Origin: Heteronotia binoei
Lineage: Eukaryota
Direction: 5' to 3'
DNA: 64,000 nucleotides
NCBI RefSeq assembly: GCF_032191835.1
Contig: NC_083243.1
Location: forward strand, 144,026,001-144,090,000
In this document: one piece after another, positions 61,625 to 64,000 of the stretch
How positions within the stretch are numbered: position 1 is the first letter of the stretch
Layout of the letters: each line of letters opens with the position of its first letter
Notes under the pieces: generated by a model
What the model was told of the DNA's origin: nothing
The model's database searches: none
Seen by the model: the letters and a program-made list of their open reading frames with translations, nothing else
Made by a program: the position numbers and the translations under genes

Positions 61625-61783
61625 TGGGTAGCCATGTTAATCTGAAGCAGCATAACAAAGTTTGAGCTCAGTAGCAACTTTAAGACCAACAAAGTTTTAT
61701 TCTGGGTATGCACATAAAAGCTTAAACCCAGAATTAAACTTTGCTGGTATTAAGGTGCCACTGAACTAAACTTTGTTCTGCTA
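61625..61783. mobile_element. Penelope-derived fold-back element with the centre deleted
   Basis: Inverted arms ...TTTAAGACCAACAAAGTTTTATTCTGGGT / ACCCAGAATTAAACTTTGCTGGTATTAAGG... Only the GCACA.AAAAGCTT part of the ribozyme remains. Confidence 0.65.
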
Positions 61784-62460
61784 CTCTGGTGTAAATCACT
61801 CTGAATTCAGCAGGACTTGGTCTCTACTACATGTGCATCAGAGTAACTGTAATTGCCACACCAAGGTAGGTGTGTGTATGTCTATCACACCTAAGTCCTA
61901 ACTTTTAGCAGTATGGCACCAAAGTTTTCATTCTAAGTAGAAATGTAAAATTTCCAAAAATGGGAAATTAACTATATGCAATACTTGCTGTTCTATCAAA
62001 CCTAATCTAATTTTACTTCATTAACAGCATAAAATACATCATTTATAACTTATTTAGCATATAAAAATGCAATATTTGACATATTTATGGAATTTAAAAA
62101 TGATAAATCCCTTAGTTTTGTTCATGCATATATCCAGTACTTGAAACAAAACTGCAAGTTGATCTTACCATGTGTACCTTAATTTTTGCTATCTGGTTAG
62201 AGAGAGCTAAATTCTCAATGAAACTTTCTGTTTTCCTCTGAGGCTTTGGTGCAGCTTCTGTCCTATCTCCTTCTGATCTTTTTTCTTCCTACTGCAAGAT
62301 TGGCAATAAGCTCCTTTTTATCTAGTCTATGGGTAAATGTGTCACAGTCGTTTGAGGGAGAGATGAAAAGGACAACCACAAGTCAGGTCAAAAGGACAAC
62401 AGAAGGCATGCAACAGTTTAAAATAATTAAAGACCTACATGATCCCCTCGTGAACCTGAG

Positions 62461-62663
62461 GGGTGGTTAGCCATTTGCCTTCCCCAGTCATCTACACCTT
62501 ACCCCCAGCAAGCTGGATACTCATTTACCGAACTTGGAAGGATGGAAGGCTGAGTGAACCTTGAGCCAGCTACCTGAACCCAGCTTCTACCAGAATCAAA
62601 TTCAGGTTGTGAGCAGAGCTTGGATTGCAATACTGCAGCTTACCACTCTGCGGCATGGGGCTC
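62461..62663 (-). mobile_element. Sauria SINE, 5' and middle part
   Basis: TTGCCTTCCCCAGTCATCTACAC...CAGCAAGCTGGATACTCATTT...CTGCAGCTTTACCACTCTGCG. Confidence 0.82.
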
Positions 62664-63107
62664 CTAAGGTTCCCAATGCAACCTATCAAATCCCTGTTAG
62701 CTCCCACATTACAATCTGTAATAGTGGGGGAAAACTCACATCATCAAATTAATCAGGCTTTGCATTTGCCCCTTTTCATGGAGATAGCAATGGGGAAACT
62801 TTATCTGGTTAATTTTTGTCTGTGAGGTTGCTATTCAGGATACAGAGGCTGAATCAGAAAATCTCTTACTGAGAATTTAAAAAGAGTAAAATGAACAAGC
62901 CAAAGGAAGATGAGACAGAGGACGCCAGAAATTATCCAGATCCTGGGAATTTCAACCAATTTTATAAAGAAAAACCATCACAGCTTGACAGGTCCAGGGG
63001 AGGAGAGGGAGAACTCTGATATAATTGGCCACATTTCTTGCTTTTCTTCAATAGCAACATGAGTATTCCATGCTTGAGCTGTCCACCTTGGGAGTGCCAA
63101 GTCTTTT

Positions 63108-64000
63108 TGTTAAATACTGAGTTTGATACATGAGGAGGCTTTTGCATAGTGATTAAAGCTCTTTATTAGTGATTCAGCATGTCTACAAGTGCCTACAAAC
63201 TACAGCTAAACATTCAAAGCCAGTGACAATATATACAGTTGGGGCAGGGTGAACCCAGCCCTCAAGAAACAGAGAACACCTTGTGATTGTTCCCTTTTTG
63301 AATCCTTCATTAGAATATGCATCCTCATTGGCAGATCCTAGGATCCAGTCTCTGATACTGCCTCCCAATTTGCCAGTTTGAATTATGCAGCCAATCGGGA
63401 CGCAGATCTTTGGATCCTCTCAGTCTATTGTGTTGTGCCTCAACCTCAGGACACAATGCCCAACATGTCCAGGCATGTCTTCACATACATAACACCCCTC
63501 CCCACCAGTCCGCAAGCCTACATACATAGTCTTTCAGATGCTTTGACTTGCTTCACTTCTGTGCCGAGTGCCAGAGTGCAGGCTGTGGTGAAGCAGGAGC
63601 TGGTGCCTGGCCTGAAACGGCGGTTTCTGTAGTTTTCAGCTGAGGGGTGGGGAACGGTGGAGGTTCAGTCGGCAATTGTGGAGCCTCCAGAGCCGTCAAT
63701 TCATCCGATGGCATGCAAACCGGCTCCTCGGACAGGGCTGGCTCTGCTGGCGGTAGTGCAGGGGGGGACTTCTGGCATGCTGTCAGGAGTCTGGCTGGCA
63801 TTGCCATCCCCCTGGGGTTTGCAGGAGCGCAGTTTGTTGGGATGGCATCAAAGGTTGAGGCTGCCCTCTGTCGTGACCTCATAGGACACGGGGCCCATCA
63901 CCCTTGTAATCCAGGCAGAAACCCAGGCTGGGCCACCCACAAAGTTCCTCGCATAGACTGGGTCCCCAGGGGTGAAACCTCTGGGAGTCCAATGGATTTC
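63108..64000 (-). mobile_element. 3' end of a second Gypsy element (integrase C-terminus, PPT, 3' LTR 63108-63494); extends beyond the window
   Basis: FTPGDPVYARNFVGGPAWVSAWITRVMGPVSYEV; PPT GGTGGGAGGGG; LTR TGTTA...TAACA with AATAAA. Confidence 0.85.

Noticed and set aside
63553-63882. Pro/Ala-rich 109-aa ORF as a host gene
   Set aside because: Lies between the integrase C-terminus and the PPT of a Gypsy element.

Overview
Eukaryotic, repeat-rich vertebrate DNA from a squamate reptile, most likely a gecko. This is inferred from Sauria SINEs, Squam3-like SINEs, 5S-derived SINE heads, and BovB-like RTE, L2, CR1, R4, DIRS and Penelope remnants. No rRNA, functional tRNA or CRISPR array is present. 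The main elements are: (1) a full-length, apparently intact 5.9-kb L1 on the minus strand (916-6804), with a 13-bp TSD and both ORFs open, inserted into a Sauria SINE that has its own 11-bp TSD; its 763-nt inter-ORF spacer carries an unexpected AUG-initiated 178-codon hydrophobic ORF that overlaps the ORF2 start; (2) a Ty3/Gypsy (sushi-like) provirus (44362-48934, minus) with about 97% identical LTRs, a CATAT TSD, a PEG10-type GGGAAAC slippery site plus predicted pseudoknot, a truncated gag and a disrupted pol; (3) a decayed second L1, several L2/CR1/RTE/R4 fragments, the 3' end of a second Gypsy element, and MITEs with verifiable TSDs; (4) a degenerate Penelope hammerhead ribozyme and a minisatellite built of alternating palindromes; (5) a low-confidence, phase-consistent chain of small minus-strand exons (about 14.5-29.7 kb) from a host gene I cannot name, including a duplicated exon with a stop codon in one copy. 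All alignments and counts were done by eye and family names are from memory, not database searches.
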